DNA from: Candidatus Saccharimonadia bacterium
Lineage (GTDB): Bacteria; Patescibacteriota; Saccharimonadia; UBA4664
Direction: 5' to 3'
Length of the DNA: 64,000 nucleotides
Assembly: GCA_036488585.1 (NCBI GenBank)
Contig: DASXHH010000005.1
Location: forward strand, 7,147 to 71,146
This document shows positions 1 to 8,525 of the stretch, piece after piece. Within the stretch, counting starts at the first letter, position 1. Each line of letters starts with the position of its first letter. The notes under the pieces were generated by a model, which made no database searches, was not told the origin of the DNA, and saw only the letters and a list, made by a program, of their open reading frames with translations. Position numbers and translations under genes: made by a program.

Positions 1-1309
1 CGCCTGGCGCGTCACCTCAAGCTTGCTCAACTTGCTGGTGGTGGGCACAGTGCTTGGCAGCGTGCTCATTATCCTACTAGCCGATCCGCTTACCACCCTC
101 ATTACACCAGGCTTCGACGCCTACACTCACAGTCTCACCGTCGACCTCACTCGCATCATGGCCGTCACGCCAGTATTGTTCGCAGTCTCTAGCGTGCTTG
201 GCAGTGTCCAGCAGGCTTTCAACCGGTTCGTCATCTTCTCGTTGGCCGGCGTCATGTACAACATTGGCATTATTATCGGCATTGTTATGTTTTCGAATAC
301 GCTCGGTATTTATGGCGCCGCGTACGGCGTGCTCATCGGCGTCGTGCTCCAGGCTCTCTTGCAATGGCTCGGCCTCTACGGCCTTGGCTACAGATACCGC
401 CCCGAGATCGCCCTCCACCTCACGGGTGTCCGTCAGACCCTCAAACTCATGCTGCCGCGCAGCATCGATCAGGGCATCGACCAGATCAACTATTCGGTCG
501 AAACGATTATCGGCTCCACCATCTCCACCGGCGCCATTGGCCAGTTCGCGCTCGCCAACAACCTCAAAAACGTCCCGCTCGTGCTCATCGGCAGCTCCAT
601 CGCCACCGCCGTGTTCCCCAGGCTCGCCGCTCGTGCCGCTGCGGGCGCCCGCCAGGAGCTCGTGGAGGTGTACGTCAAAACCGCCAGACTCATCCTGTTC
701 TTGTCCATCCCCTCGGCGCTGTTCGCAGTGGTGGCGCGCGGCTACATTGTGCGACTACTCTACGGCTTCGGCGATCGCGCCACCGCTTCCACACTCGGCT
801 GGTTCGCGGGCACCATCATTTTTACGAGCCTGTTTATGCTCGTTTCTCGCGTCTATTATTCTATGCAAAACACCAAAACCCCGCTCAAGCTCAGCCTGGC
901 CAGCATACCACTCAACATTTTCCTCAGCTTCCTGCTCTCCCGTCATTACGGAGTGGTGGGTCTAGCAATGAGCGCGTCAATTGTGGCCATTCTCGAAACC
1001 ACCGCGCTGGCCGCGATTTTGCGCTGGCGCTACGGCCACTTCGGCCACCGCAACATCCTAGGGGCCACGCTGCCAGTGGGAGTGGCGGGCATCATTATGG
1101 CCTGCGCCACCTATTTGCTCATTAACCGATTTATTCCGCTCTACGCGTCAGATCGCGGTTTTATTACGCTCATGCCCAAATTCTTGGCTCTAGTACTCAC
1201 AGCTACCGTTACCTACATGGTGCCGTGCTATCTCATGCGCCTATCCGAGGCCCACATGATCCTCGGTCGCCTGCGCCTACTAATGCAAAAGTCGCTAAAC
1301 CTGACCTAG
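1..1309 (+). CDS. murJ: Lipid II flippase MurJ/MviN family (5' end truncated by window edge)
   Basis: Reading frame is open from position 2; the 428 aa visible are polytopic and hydrophobic throughout, as in MurJ/MviN; peptidoglycan gene ddl lies adjacent. Confidence 0.7.
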   Translation, partial: AWRVTSSLLNLLVVGTVLGSVLIILLADPLTTLITPGFDAYTHSLTVDLTRIMAVTPVLFAVSSVLGSVQQAFNRFVIFSLAGVMYNIGIIIGIVMFSNTLGIYGAAYGVLIGVVLQALLQWLGLYGLGYRYRPEIALHLTGVRQTLKLMLPRSIDQGIDQINYSVETIIGSTISTGAIGQFALANNLKNVPLVLIGSSIATAVFPRLAARAAAGARQELVEVYVKTARLILFLSIPSALFAVVARGYIVRLLYGFGDRATASTLGWFAGTIIFTSLFMLVSRVYYSMQNTKTPLKLSLASIPLNIFLSFLLSRHYGVVGLAMSASIVAILETTALAAILRWRYGHFGHRNILGATLPVGVAGIIMACATYLLINRFIPLYASDRGFITLMPKFLALVLTATVTYMVPCYLMRLSEAHMILGRLRLLMQKSLNLT

Positions 1310-2197
1310 CGCCAATTTCAGCAGCCGGTCCACTAGCTGTTCAAAGCTCAGCCCCGCCGCTGCTGCCGCTTTTGGATAAAGGCTGGTATTGGTCATGCCG
1401 GGCAATGTGTTAATCTCCAGCACCACCGGTATGTTGTTTGGCCGCACAATCATGTCCGTCCGCGACAAGTGTCGCACGCCGGTCAGGTGGTGGACCTTCA
1501 GTGCCACCCGCCGGGCCTGCTCCTGGGCCTCCTCGCTCACATGCTGGGGTGGGCACAGCTCGGTCGTCTCACCGTTGTACTTGTTCTCGTAATCAAATTC
1601 TCCCCCCGCTGGAGGCACCACCTCGATAATTGGTAGTGTCTCGTTGCCTAAAATCGGGACCGTAATCTCCACACCTTCTACCAGCTCCTCCATGAGCATC
1701 TCGTGATGACGACCAAACACCTCTTCGATCCGCTGTTTGTTGTACGGCAGCTCGCGCACGATCACCAAATCCATGCTCGAGCCATCATCCAACGGTTTTA
1801 GCACAAATGGTCGCTCACTCAACGGCGACCTGTCCAACAGGTCGCGCGTTACCACTGAAAATTCGGGGGTCGGCAGCCCGTTCTCGAGTAACAGCTCTTT
1901 AACAACCACTTTGTTCATGCAACGCTGTGACGCCTCCACATCGGCTCCCAGGTATGGCTTGCCGGTGCGCTCCAAAAGTGCCTGGATCTCGCCGTCCTCG
2001 CCTCCCGGCCCGTGCAAAATTGGCAGCACCACGTCTGCGTCCTGTGCTGCCGCCAGCACCGCCGCGTCGCCCTCGGCGGGGTCCACGTACACGACGTCGT
2101 GGTTCAAAGCCTCGAGTGCAGCGCGCACCGCGGCCGACGATTTTAGCGACACGTCGCGTTCTGGTGATGTCCCTCCTCCAAGTACTAGAACTTTCAT
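1295..2197 (-). CDS. ddl: D-alanine--D-alanine ligase
   Basis: 300 aa; N-terminal MKVLVLGGGTSPERDVSL and ATP-grasp motifs typical of Ddl; 3' end overlaps murJ convergently. Confidence 0.85.
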   Translation of the reverse strand: MKVLVLGGGTSPERDVSLKSSAAVRAALEALNHDVVYVDPAEGDAAVLAAAQDADVVLPILHGPGGEDGEIQALLERTGKPYLGADVEASQRCMNKVVVKELLLENGLPTPEFSVVTRDLLDRSPLSERPFVLKPLDDGSSMDLVIVRELPYNKQRIEEVFGRHHEMLMEELVEGVEITVPILGNETLPIIEVVPPAGGEFDYENKYNGETTELCPPQHVSEEAQEQARRVALKVHHLTGVRHLSRTDMIVRPNNIPVVLEINTLPGMTNTSLYPKAAAAAGLSFEQLVDRLLKLALGQV

Positions 2198-2204
2198 AAA
2201 GCCA

Positions 2205-2213
2205 TTATATCAA
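2205..2213 (-). promoter_or_regulatory. Extended -10 element (TGaTATAAT) 7 nt upstream of ddl ATG; possible leaderless mRNA
   Basis: Minus strand reads ttttgaTATAATggctttATG with no Shine-Dalgarno sequence. Confidence 0.4.
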
Positions 2214-2397
2214 AATTGTTCCATAAAACTGCCAGACCAGATTGACAACCAAGCGTAACCGGAGTATATTTCTGAGCTAGCACTATCTTGAGAGGCCCCC
2301 AGAAAGACCCCCCTTCCGAGGCCTCAACAGTAAGACTTCCCAGGACAGTCGTCCCCTCACAAACCAACACCGACCACTCCCACTAGGAGGAGTTGCC

Positions 2398-2850
2398 ATG
2401 GTTGCCATACTCCCGCGCCGCCGTGTCCGGCCAGCGATTGTTATTCCACCCCAGCCCGATGTGGCTGCGGTGGCAGTATTCCCCGTACTCGGCACCGGTA
2501 TTTATCTGGTCCCGCATGGCCCGCTGCTGGGCCCGGCCGTCTGGAGTGTGTTCTCGATTCTCGTTTCACCTCGGGAGTACGCCGATGCAGAAATGCGTCA
2601 CCTTGGTATTGCCAACCCACAGCTCACTCAGGGTACCCCCGGCCCAACGCTGGTGAGCTATGGAGACAGGTTGCTTGCTGTGACGGCTTTTTTCACTCCG
2701 GCCCGCCAGCTCCTGGAGTCAGTCGAGTTGCCTGGTCACCGCCGCGTTGGCGAATACGACCTTCAGCTTCTGCTGCAGTCCGGTGCGCTTATGCCCGAGA
2801 CGGCCGGACTTCTGCCAGCGATCAAGAACTGGTCCAGAGCCAAGGCATGA
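2398..2850 (+). CDS. Hypothetical protein
   Basis: 150-aa ORF preceded by a strong RBS (AGGAGG 7 nt upstream of ATG); no recognisable domain. Confidence 0.5.
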   Translation: MVAILPRRRVRPAIVIPPQPDVAAVAVFPVLGTGIYLVPHGPLLGPAVWSVFSILVSPREYADAEMRHLGIANPQLTQGTPGPTLVSYGDRLLAVTAFFTPARQLLESVELPGHRRVGEYDLQLLLQSGALMPETAGLLPAIKNWSRAKA

Positions 2851-2857
2851 GGGGAGC

Positions 2858-2907
2858 CCCCGGGCCCCGTATTGGACATTGTTCCATACGGGGACCCGGG
2901 GTCTTTT
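2858..2907 (+). terminator. Rho-independent terminator (long GC hairpin plus T-run)
   Basis: cccccgggccccgtat and atacggggacccgggg form a stem of about 15 bp with one bulge and a 13-nt loop, followed by tctttt. Confidence 0.6.
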
Positions 2908-2942
2908 ATGTTTAGGGTTTTTTATTTCGCCACCTTTCGAGG

Positions 2943-2948
2943 TATAAT
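2943..2948 (+). promoter_or_regulatory. -10 hexamer TATAAT 8 nt upstream of the lepA GTG start (leaderless or very short leader)
   Basis: ggTATAATcaagtaccGTG; no SD sequence. Confidence 0.35.
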
Positions 2949-2956
2949 CAAGTACC

Positions 2957-4741
2957 GTGAATCAATCCCGTATCCGAAATTTCTGCATTATTGCGCACAT
3001 CGACCATGGCAAATCCACCTTGGCCGACCGCATGCTCGAGCTCACCGGTACGGTCGAGCGGCGCAACATGCAAGCGCAACTGCTCGATAGCATGGATCTC
3101 GAGCGCGAGAAGGGGATTACGATTAAACTCCAGCCGGTTCGCATGCAATGGCGCGACCACACCTTGAACCTCATCGACACACCCGGCCACGTCGACTTCA
3201 GCTACGAGGTCTCGCGCTCTCTAGCCGCCTGCGAAGGCGCCGTGCTGGTGGTGGACGCGTCTCAAGGCATCCAGGCTCAGACCCTGGCCAACGTCTATCT
3301 CGCCATCGAGGCCGGCCTCGAAATTATTCCCGTACTCAACAAAATCGACCTGCCAGCCGCCGACCCCGAGCGTGTGGCCACCGAAATCTCCAGCCTGCTC
3401 GGCTGCGATCCCACCACCATCCTCCAAGTCTCTGGCAAAACCGGTGCAGGCGTAGAGCGCCTGCTCGATGAAATTGTGGATCTCGTACCCGCCCCCAGAG
3501 GTAACCCTGACGCACCTCTGCGCGGCCTCATCTTCGACTCCATATATGATACCCACAGGGGCGTCATCTTGTTCTTGCGCGTGGCGGACGGCATCTTGCG
3601 CAAATCCGACCACCTCAAGCTCATGGCAACCCGGGCCGAGGGCGCGGCCGTGGAGACTGGCGTGTTCCTACCCAAACAAACCCCAGCCTCCGAACTCGCC
3701 ACCGGCCAGATCGGCTATGTAGTCACCAACCTCAAATCTATATCCGAGGCCCGTGTCGGCGATACGGTTACGCTCGGCGGCCAGCCCGCCACCGAGCCGC
3801 TAGCTGGCTACCAGAAGGTGAAGCCATTCGTCTTTGCTGGCTTCTTCCCCAGCTCCGGCGAGCAGTACCCCGACCTCAAAGATGCCCTCGAAAAACTCAA
3901 GCTCAATGACGCCGCCCTCGTTTACGAACCCGAATCCTCTCAGGTGCTCGGCTTCGGCTACCGCGTGGGCTTTCTCGGCCTGCTCCACCTCGAAATCATC
4001 AAAGAGCGCCTCGAGCGCGAGTACGGCCTCGATCTGGTGGTCACCAGCCCCTCCACTGACTACATCGTAGCCGAAACAGACGGCACCGAGCATACCATTC
4101 GCGCCGCCGCCGAGCTCCCAGACCCCTCCCATATCGACCACATCCGCGAGCCCTGGATCCGCGGCGAGATTGTGGTGCCTGGCACCTACGTCGGCGGCGT
4201 CATCCAGCTCATCAACCGCATCCGCGGCCAGCACAAAAATCTCAGCTATCTCGACGAGCAGCTGGCCCTCGTCAATTTCGAGGCCCCACTGGCCAACGTC
4301 CTCACCGACTTCTATGACTCGCTCAAATCTATCACCTCCGGCTATGGCAGCTTCAACTACGACTTAGCTGATTACCGCGTCGAAAGCCTAGTCCGACTCG
4401 ACATCTTGGTGGGCGGCGAACTCATCGATTCGCTTAGCATGATCACCCATAAAGACGAGGCCTATCGCACCGGCAAAGAGATCGTCGAGAAGCTCAAAGA
4501 AATAATTCCCAAGCAATCCTTTGAAGTTTCGCTTCAGGCGGCCATCGGCGGTAAAATTATCGCCCGTGAAGACATTAAGGCCCTGCGCAAAGATGTTATC
4601 GCTAAACTCTACGGCGGCGACGTTACCCGCAAAAACAAACTGCTCGACAAGCAAAAGAAGGGCAAAAAGAAGATGAAGCGCATCGGCAAGGTCGACATCC
4701 CCGCCGAGGCCTTTATGGTGCTGGTGCGCAAAGACGCCTAG
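2957..4741 (+). CDS. lepA: Elongation factor 4 (LepA)
   Basis: 594 aa; GTG start; IIAHIDHGKST G1 motif, DTPGHVDF, LNKIDLP and the LepA C-terminal domain. Confidence 0.95.
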   Translation: MNQSRIRNFCIIAHIDHGKSTLADRMLELTGTVERRNMQAQLLDSMDLEREKGITIKLQPVRMQWRDHTLNLIDTPGHVDFSYEVSRSLAACEGAVLVVDASQGIQAQTLANVYLAIEAGLEIIPVLNKIDLPAADPERVATEISSLLGCDPTTILQVSGKTGAGVERLLDEIVDLVPAPRGNPDAPLRGLIFDSIYDTHRGVILFLRVADGILRKSDHLKLMATRAEGAAVETGVFLPKQTPASELATGQIGYVVTNLKSISEARVGDTVTLGGQPATEPLAGYQKVKPFVFAGFFPSSGEQYPDLKDALEKLKLNDAALVYEPESSQVLGFGYRVGFLGLLHLEIIKERLEREYGLDLVVTSPSTDYIVAETDGTEHTIRAAAELPDPSHIDHIREPWIRGEIVVPGTYVGGVIQLINRIRGQHKNLSYLDEQLALVNFEAPLANVLTDFYDSLKSITSGYGSFNYDLADYRVESLVRLDILVGGELIDSLSMITHKDEAYRTGKEIVEKLKEIIPKQSFEVSLQAAIGGKIIAREDIKALRKDVIAKLYGGDVTRKNKLLDKQKKGKKKMKRIGKVDIPAEAFMVLVRKDA

Positions 4742-4768
4742 CCGTCGGCCAATCCGGCCAACTGCTAG

Positions 4769-5191
4769 CTAATTCCCGTAGCCGTGCACCGGGTCACGCA
4801 TTAGTAGCCAGGCCAGCGCCTCCTCACGGGTGCCAAACACCTTGGTGCGATCCGCCTTTCCGAGAGCCGCGATCACCGTCTTTGTAACCTCGCCGAGCAC
4901 CGCGTTGGTGCCAAACATCGCAATCCGATCATACTCAATCTCTTCCAGCGCCCGCATCACTGCTTTGTTGGTGCCGGTGCTAAAACCCTGGTCTTGCGAA
5001 AAGTCGACCAGACCCAGTATCGGCTTTCGCTGCATTCTTATCTGATCCGTTAGCTCCTTGCACTGTTTTGCGACCTCATCCATGCTCAGGAAGTCCTGTT
5101 TGCCCACCAGTTTAACCAGTATGTAGCCCTGAGGCTGGAGCGAGACCGAATTTGCAGAGTTAGTGTGTTCCATAAGCAGAATATACACCAC
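4769..5191 (-). CDS. Hypothetical protein
   Basis: 140-aa ORF with coding-like composition; no confident domain. Confidence 0.45.
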   Translation of the reverse strand: MVYILLMEHTNSANSVSLQPQGYILVKLVGKQDFLSMDEVAKQCKELTDQIRMQRKPILGLVDFSQDQGFSTGTNKAVMRALEEIEYDRIAMFGTNAVLGEVTKTVIAALGKADRTKVFGTREEALAWLLMRDPVHGYGN

Positions 5192-5262
5192 TCAGATTTC
5201 GGCGACGAGACGAAGATTACCATAAGTGGTATAAATGAGAGGATCCTAAGGAAGTTTTTTCT

Positions 5263-5727
5263 ATGCCTGAAGACTCTCAATCACAGCAACCGGCTACTCC
5301 GGCGCCCGAAACCCCCGCCCCCGCGCCCTCTCCGGTCACACCTCCGGCTGCTACTCCAGTACCACCCACCACGCCGGCCGAACCAGAGATGCCCAAGCCC
5401 TCGCCCACAGTTGAGCCGTTCCAATCGGCCGGCGGCCCGCCCCCGCAGGCATCTGAACCGAAGCGCGGCCACAAAGGCCTAATAATCGGGTTGGGGATCG
5501 TCGTCGTGCTGATTCTGGCCGCAGTCGCCTACTACGCAGTTTCGTCCGGCGTGCTCAAGCTCGGTAGCACCACCAAACCCTCGCCCACGCCTTCGTCCAC
5601 CCCAGCCGCCGCCGACAACCTCGACTCCGATTATCAGCAGCTCGACTCCAGCGTCGGCCAGCTCACCAACGATCTCAACGACGCCGACACCGCGCTCGGC
5701 GATAAGCAGGGAGACCTTTCGGAATGA
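5263..5727 (+). CDS. Pro/Ala-rich single-pass membrane protein
   Basis: PAPET-type Pro-rich N-terminus, one TM helix (LIIGLGIVVVLILAAVAYYAV), polar C-terminus; 4-nt overlap with the next gene. Confidence 0.5.
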   Translation: MPEDSQSQQPATPAPETPAPAPSPVTPPAATPVPPTTPAEPEMPKPSPTVEPFQSAGGPPPQASEPKRGHKGLIIGLGIVVVLILAAVAYYAVSSGVLKLGSTTKPSPTPSSTPAAADNLDSDYQQLDSSVGQLTNDLNDADTALGDKQGDLSE

Positions 5728-6482
5728 GTTCTAGCATTCTCACCAGGACTACTTTGGCCGCCCTGCTGTTTGCAGCCATTCCGTTGAGCAGCGTTAACGC
5801 GGTGGCCTCTACGCCACTCGTGGCCAGCCCCCTCACCACTGCCCAAGCCACTCATTTGGACAACCTCAAGAGCCACGGCACCGCCGAAATCGACCGCCGC
5901 ATTTCCAACCTCAATGCCGCGCTGCTCAAGCTTAATGCTACGACCAAGCTCACGGCCGCAGACAAGACCGCACTCACCAATACTATTAACGCCGAAATCT
6001 CCGGCCTTAATACCCTCAAGGCCAAGCTTACCGCCGACACCGATCTCGCCACCGCCCGCACCGACGTGCAAAGCATCGTCAGCGATTACCGCGTGTACGT
6101 ACTGCTGCTCCCCAAGACCCGACTGGTCGCCTCGGCCGATCGGTTTACTGCTGTCGAGAACCAACTCACCCAGCTCTCAGTCAAGCTCCAAACCAAGGTC
6201 GATGCCGCCAAGACCGCCGGCAAGGACGTTACCACCATGCAGGTCAGCCTAACTGACCTCAAGAATAAGCTGGCCGACGCCCAGGAAAAATCCACCAGTG
6301 TCATCGCCCCGCTGCTGGCCCTCCAGCCCACCGATTACAACCAAAATCATGCCGTCTTGGTGAACTATCGCAACTCGCTCATGGCCGCCCACGACGGGGT
6401 TATGGCCGCGCGTGACGACGCCAAGTCGGTTATTCAAGCTCTCAAGGGTACAGCTTCGCCTTCGGCCAGCCCCAAGAGTTAG
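5724..6482 (+). CDS. Secreted alpha-helical protein with signal peptide
   Basis: N-terminal signal peptide MSSSILTRTTLAALLFAAIPLSSVNAVAS, then a coiled-coil-like sequence rich in Leu, Ala and Thr. Confidence 0.5.
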   Translation: MSSSILTRTTLAALLFAAIPLSSVNAVASTPLVASPLTTAQATHLDNLKSHGTAEIDRRISNLNAALLKLNATTKLTAADKTALTNTINAEISGLNTLKAKLTADTDLATARTDVQSIVSDYRVYVLLLPKTRLVASADRFTAVENQLTQLSVKLQTKVDAAKTAGKDVTTMQVSLTDLKNKLADAQEKSTSVIAPLLALQPTDYNQNHAVLVNYRNSLMAAHDGVMAARDDAKSVIQALKGTASPSASPKS

Positions 6483-6496
6483 CCGTAGGTAAGCTC

Positions 6497-6523
6497 CTAG
6501 CACTCTTGACTGTGGAGTGCCAA
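6497..6523 (+). promoter_or_regulatory. CIRCE operator (HrcA binding site) upstream of hrcA
   Basis: cTAGCACTC-ttgactgtg-GAGTGCcAA matches the TTAGCACTC-N9-GAGTGCTAA consensus; TTGAC sits in the spacer. Confidence 0.75.
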
Positions 6524-6562
6524 AACCCGTACAATAACCCTGACTTAACCTGTGGAGCTGGC

Positions 6563-7252
6563 ATGACCCCGCGTCAGGAACAGATCTTGCATGCCATCGT
6601 GGAGACCTACGCCCAGACCGCCGAGCCGGTCGGTTCCTCCGCGCTCTGCAGCCGCTTCGAGACCTCCAGCGCTACCATCCGCGCCGAAATGGCCGCCCTC
6701 GAGAACCTCGGCTACATCATGCAGCCGCACATCTCGGCCGGTCGCGTGCCGACAGACAAAGGCTACCGTGCCTATGTCAACGCGCTCACGCCCGAGCATG
6801 ACCGTCGTCACGAGCAGGCACTGGCCAAGCGCATCAAATCAGCCGGTGTGGTTGAGCGCGCCATTAAAAGTGCCGTCGAGTCGCTCGCTCATGTCACCTC
6901 TAACCTTGGCCTCGGTACCATTGGCCCCAACCTCTATCTCTCCGGCATGGCCAGCCTCTTCCAGCAACCCGAATTCTACGGCGGGGCCCGCGCCTACGAA
7001 GTGGCCCGCCTCCTTGACAGCCTCGAAGAATGGCTGTCCGAAGCTGCCCCCAATGCCCCCATCTCGGTCTACATCGGCCGCGAAAATCCCATCGGCCGCA
7101 CCTCCGGCGCCACCCTCATCATTAGCCGCTTCGAGTCGCCGTTTAGTTCGCGCAGTTACATTGGCGTGCTCGGCCCCACCCGTCAGAATTATTCAAGCGT
7201 AATTGGCCTCGTCCAGTACACCGGCCGCCTTCTCGAAGAGGCCCTCAATTAG
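6563..7252 (+). CDS. hrcA: Heat-inducible transcription repressor HrcA
   Basis: MTPRQEQILHAIVETY winged-helix N-terminus typical of HrcA; ATG at 6563 with GGAG 6 nt upstream; the TTG start at 6506 listed in the ORF track would overlap CIRCE. Confidence 0.85.
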   Translation: MTPRQEQILHAIVETYAQTAEPVGSSALCSRFETSSATIRAEMAALENLGYIMQPHISAGRVPTDKGYRAYVNALTPEHDRRHEQALAKRIKSAGVVERAIKSAVESLAHVTSNLGLGTIGPNLYLSGMASLFQQPEFYGGARAYEVARLLDSLEEWLSEAAPNAPISVYIGRENPIGRTSGATLIISRFESPFSSRSYIGVLGPTRQNYSSVIGLVQYTGRLLEEALN

Positions 7253-7260
7253 GAGAATTT

Positions 7261-7806
7261 ATGAGCAAACACGACCACCAACAAGAGCACAAGCACGAAG
7301 AGTCCCACCAGCAATCTCACAACGAGGTCCACGTTGAGACCCATACCGAATCGCACGTCTCATCCGGCGCCGACGTCCAGGACCGTCTGTCTGAGCTCAC
7401 CGACGACCTCAAGCGCGTTCAGGCCGAATTCGTTAACTACCGCCGCCGCGCTGAGTCCGAAAAAGCCGATCTCACCGAATATGCCAAAACTCGAGTGGTC
7501 CGCGACTTCCTAACCGTCCGCGACTCCTTCGACCACGAGCTGGCCCACCGCCCGACAGGCGCCGACCCCGCCTGGGCCAAGTCCATCGACGCCATCCGCA
7601 CTCAGTTCGATCAGGTCTTGTCGCAGCTCGGCGTCGAGCGCTTCGAGTCCAAGGGTCAACCCTTCGATCCGCACCTCCACAACGCCGTCGCCATGGAAGA
7701 CGGCGAAGGGGACCAGGAGGTGGTGGTCGAAGAACTTCAGCCCGGCTACAAACTCGCTGGCACCGTCCTCCGACACGCCATCGTCAAAGTCGGCCACGTC
7801 GAATGA
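7261..7806 (+). CDS. grpE: Nucleotide exchange factor GrpE
   Basis: 181 aa; GrpE coiled-coil and C-terminal beta domain (FDPHLHNAVAME, GYKL.G.VLR.A.V.V). Confidence 0.9.
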   Translation: MSKHDHQQEHKHEESHQQSHNEVHVETHTESHVSSGADVQDRLSELTDDLKRVQAEFVNYRRRAESEKADLTEYAKTRVVRDFLTVRDSFDHELAHRPTGADPAWAKSIDAIRTQFDQVLSQLGVERFESKGQPFDPHLHNAVAMEDGEGDQEVVVEELQPGYKLAGTVLRHAIVKVGHVE

Positions 7807-8399
7807 TCAAAGCCGTCGTCCTCGATTGGGGCGGCGTAATGTGTCCGGGCGGCTCGCCCCATTCGTTTCGCGAGCTCTTGGCCACTAGCCTTGGTGTTGA
7901 TGATGACTACGCCCGGTCTCTTCTCCATCTTGGGGTTGTTGATCTGCTATTAGGTGAAGTTACCGAAGATGAATATTGGCACCGCCTTGAGCAGGTCCAT
8001 GGCAAAACCATCCCTGAAACTCAGCGAAATGCCTGGCTCACCTGGGATGACCTTAAGCCTAACCCCCACATGGTCCAGTTGATCTCAGACCTCAAAGCCC
8101 GCGGCCTCAAACTTGGTCTCCTATCCAACGCCGTTCCCAACACGCGGGATATCATGCTTCAGCATCACTCGGATGATGGCTTCGATGCGGTTGTTATCTC
8201 CTGCGACGATCATTGCGCCAAGCCCGACGAGCGAGCCTACCTCCTCATCTCCCAAAAACTCGGCGTTGAACCGTCCGAGTGCGTCTACATCGACGATCAG
8301 CAGCGTATGCTGGACCCGGCCTCAAAACTCGGTATGCGCATCATTCTGGCCAAAAATCCCGCGCAAACTATCGAGGATATAAATAAGCAGCTTTCGTAG
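7803..8399 (+). CDS. HAD-superfamily hydrolase (subfamily IA-like)
   Basis: Motif I VVLDWGGVM, with C-terminal GLLSNA and YIDD HAD motifs. Confidence 0.65.
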   Translation: MIKAVVLDWGGVMCPGGSPHSFRELLATSLGVDDDYARSLLHLGVVDLLLGEVTEDEYWHRLEQVHGKTIPETQRNAWLTWDDLKPNPHMVQLISDLKARGLKLGLLSNAVPNTRDIMLQHHSDDGFDAVVISCDDHCAKPDERAYLLISQKLGVEPSECVYIDDQQRMLDPASKLGMRIILAKNPAQTIEDINKQLS

Positions 8400-8426
8400 T
8401 TGGCACTCTTGACGACCGAGTGCCAA
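8400..8426 (+). promoter_or_regulatory. CIRCE-like perfect inverted repeat (upstream copy) before dnaK
   Basis: TTgGCACTC-ttgacgacc-GAGTGCcAA; arm sequence and embedded TTGAC match the hrcA CIRCE. Confidence 0.6.
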
Positions 8427-8446
8427 ATTCTTACAATTATACGCAG

Positions 8447-8473
8447 TTAGCACCCCCCAAATTCGAGTGCTAA
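8447..8473 (+). promoter_or_regulatory. CIRCE operator (canonical copy) before dnaK
   Basis: TTAGCACcC-cccaaattc-GAGTGCTAA. Confidence 0.8.
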
Positions 8474-8525
8474 AATAGGTGGCAAACGCACCTGTTTCAA
8501 CCAGTTAATCGGAGACTTTTCGCAA

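Noticed and set aside
198-1125. Long Arg/Pro/Ala/Ser-rich ORFs inside murJ (198-965, 364-1125) and similar opposite-strand ORFs inside dnaK, hrcA, nrdJ, pilB and others
   Set aside because: They have low-complexity Arg/Pro/Ala composition, no RBS, and are fully nested in well-supported genes. This is the typical pattern of shadow ORFs in high-GC DNA.
6506-6562. Longer hrcA start (TTG at 6506) from the ORF track
   Set aside because: It would place the CIRCE operator inside the coding sequence and add a non-conserved MTVECQNPYNNPDLTCGAG extension. The ATG at 6563 with a GGAG RBS fits HrcA N-termini.
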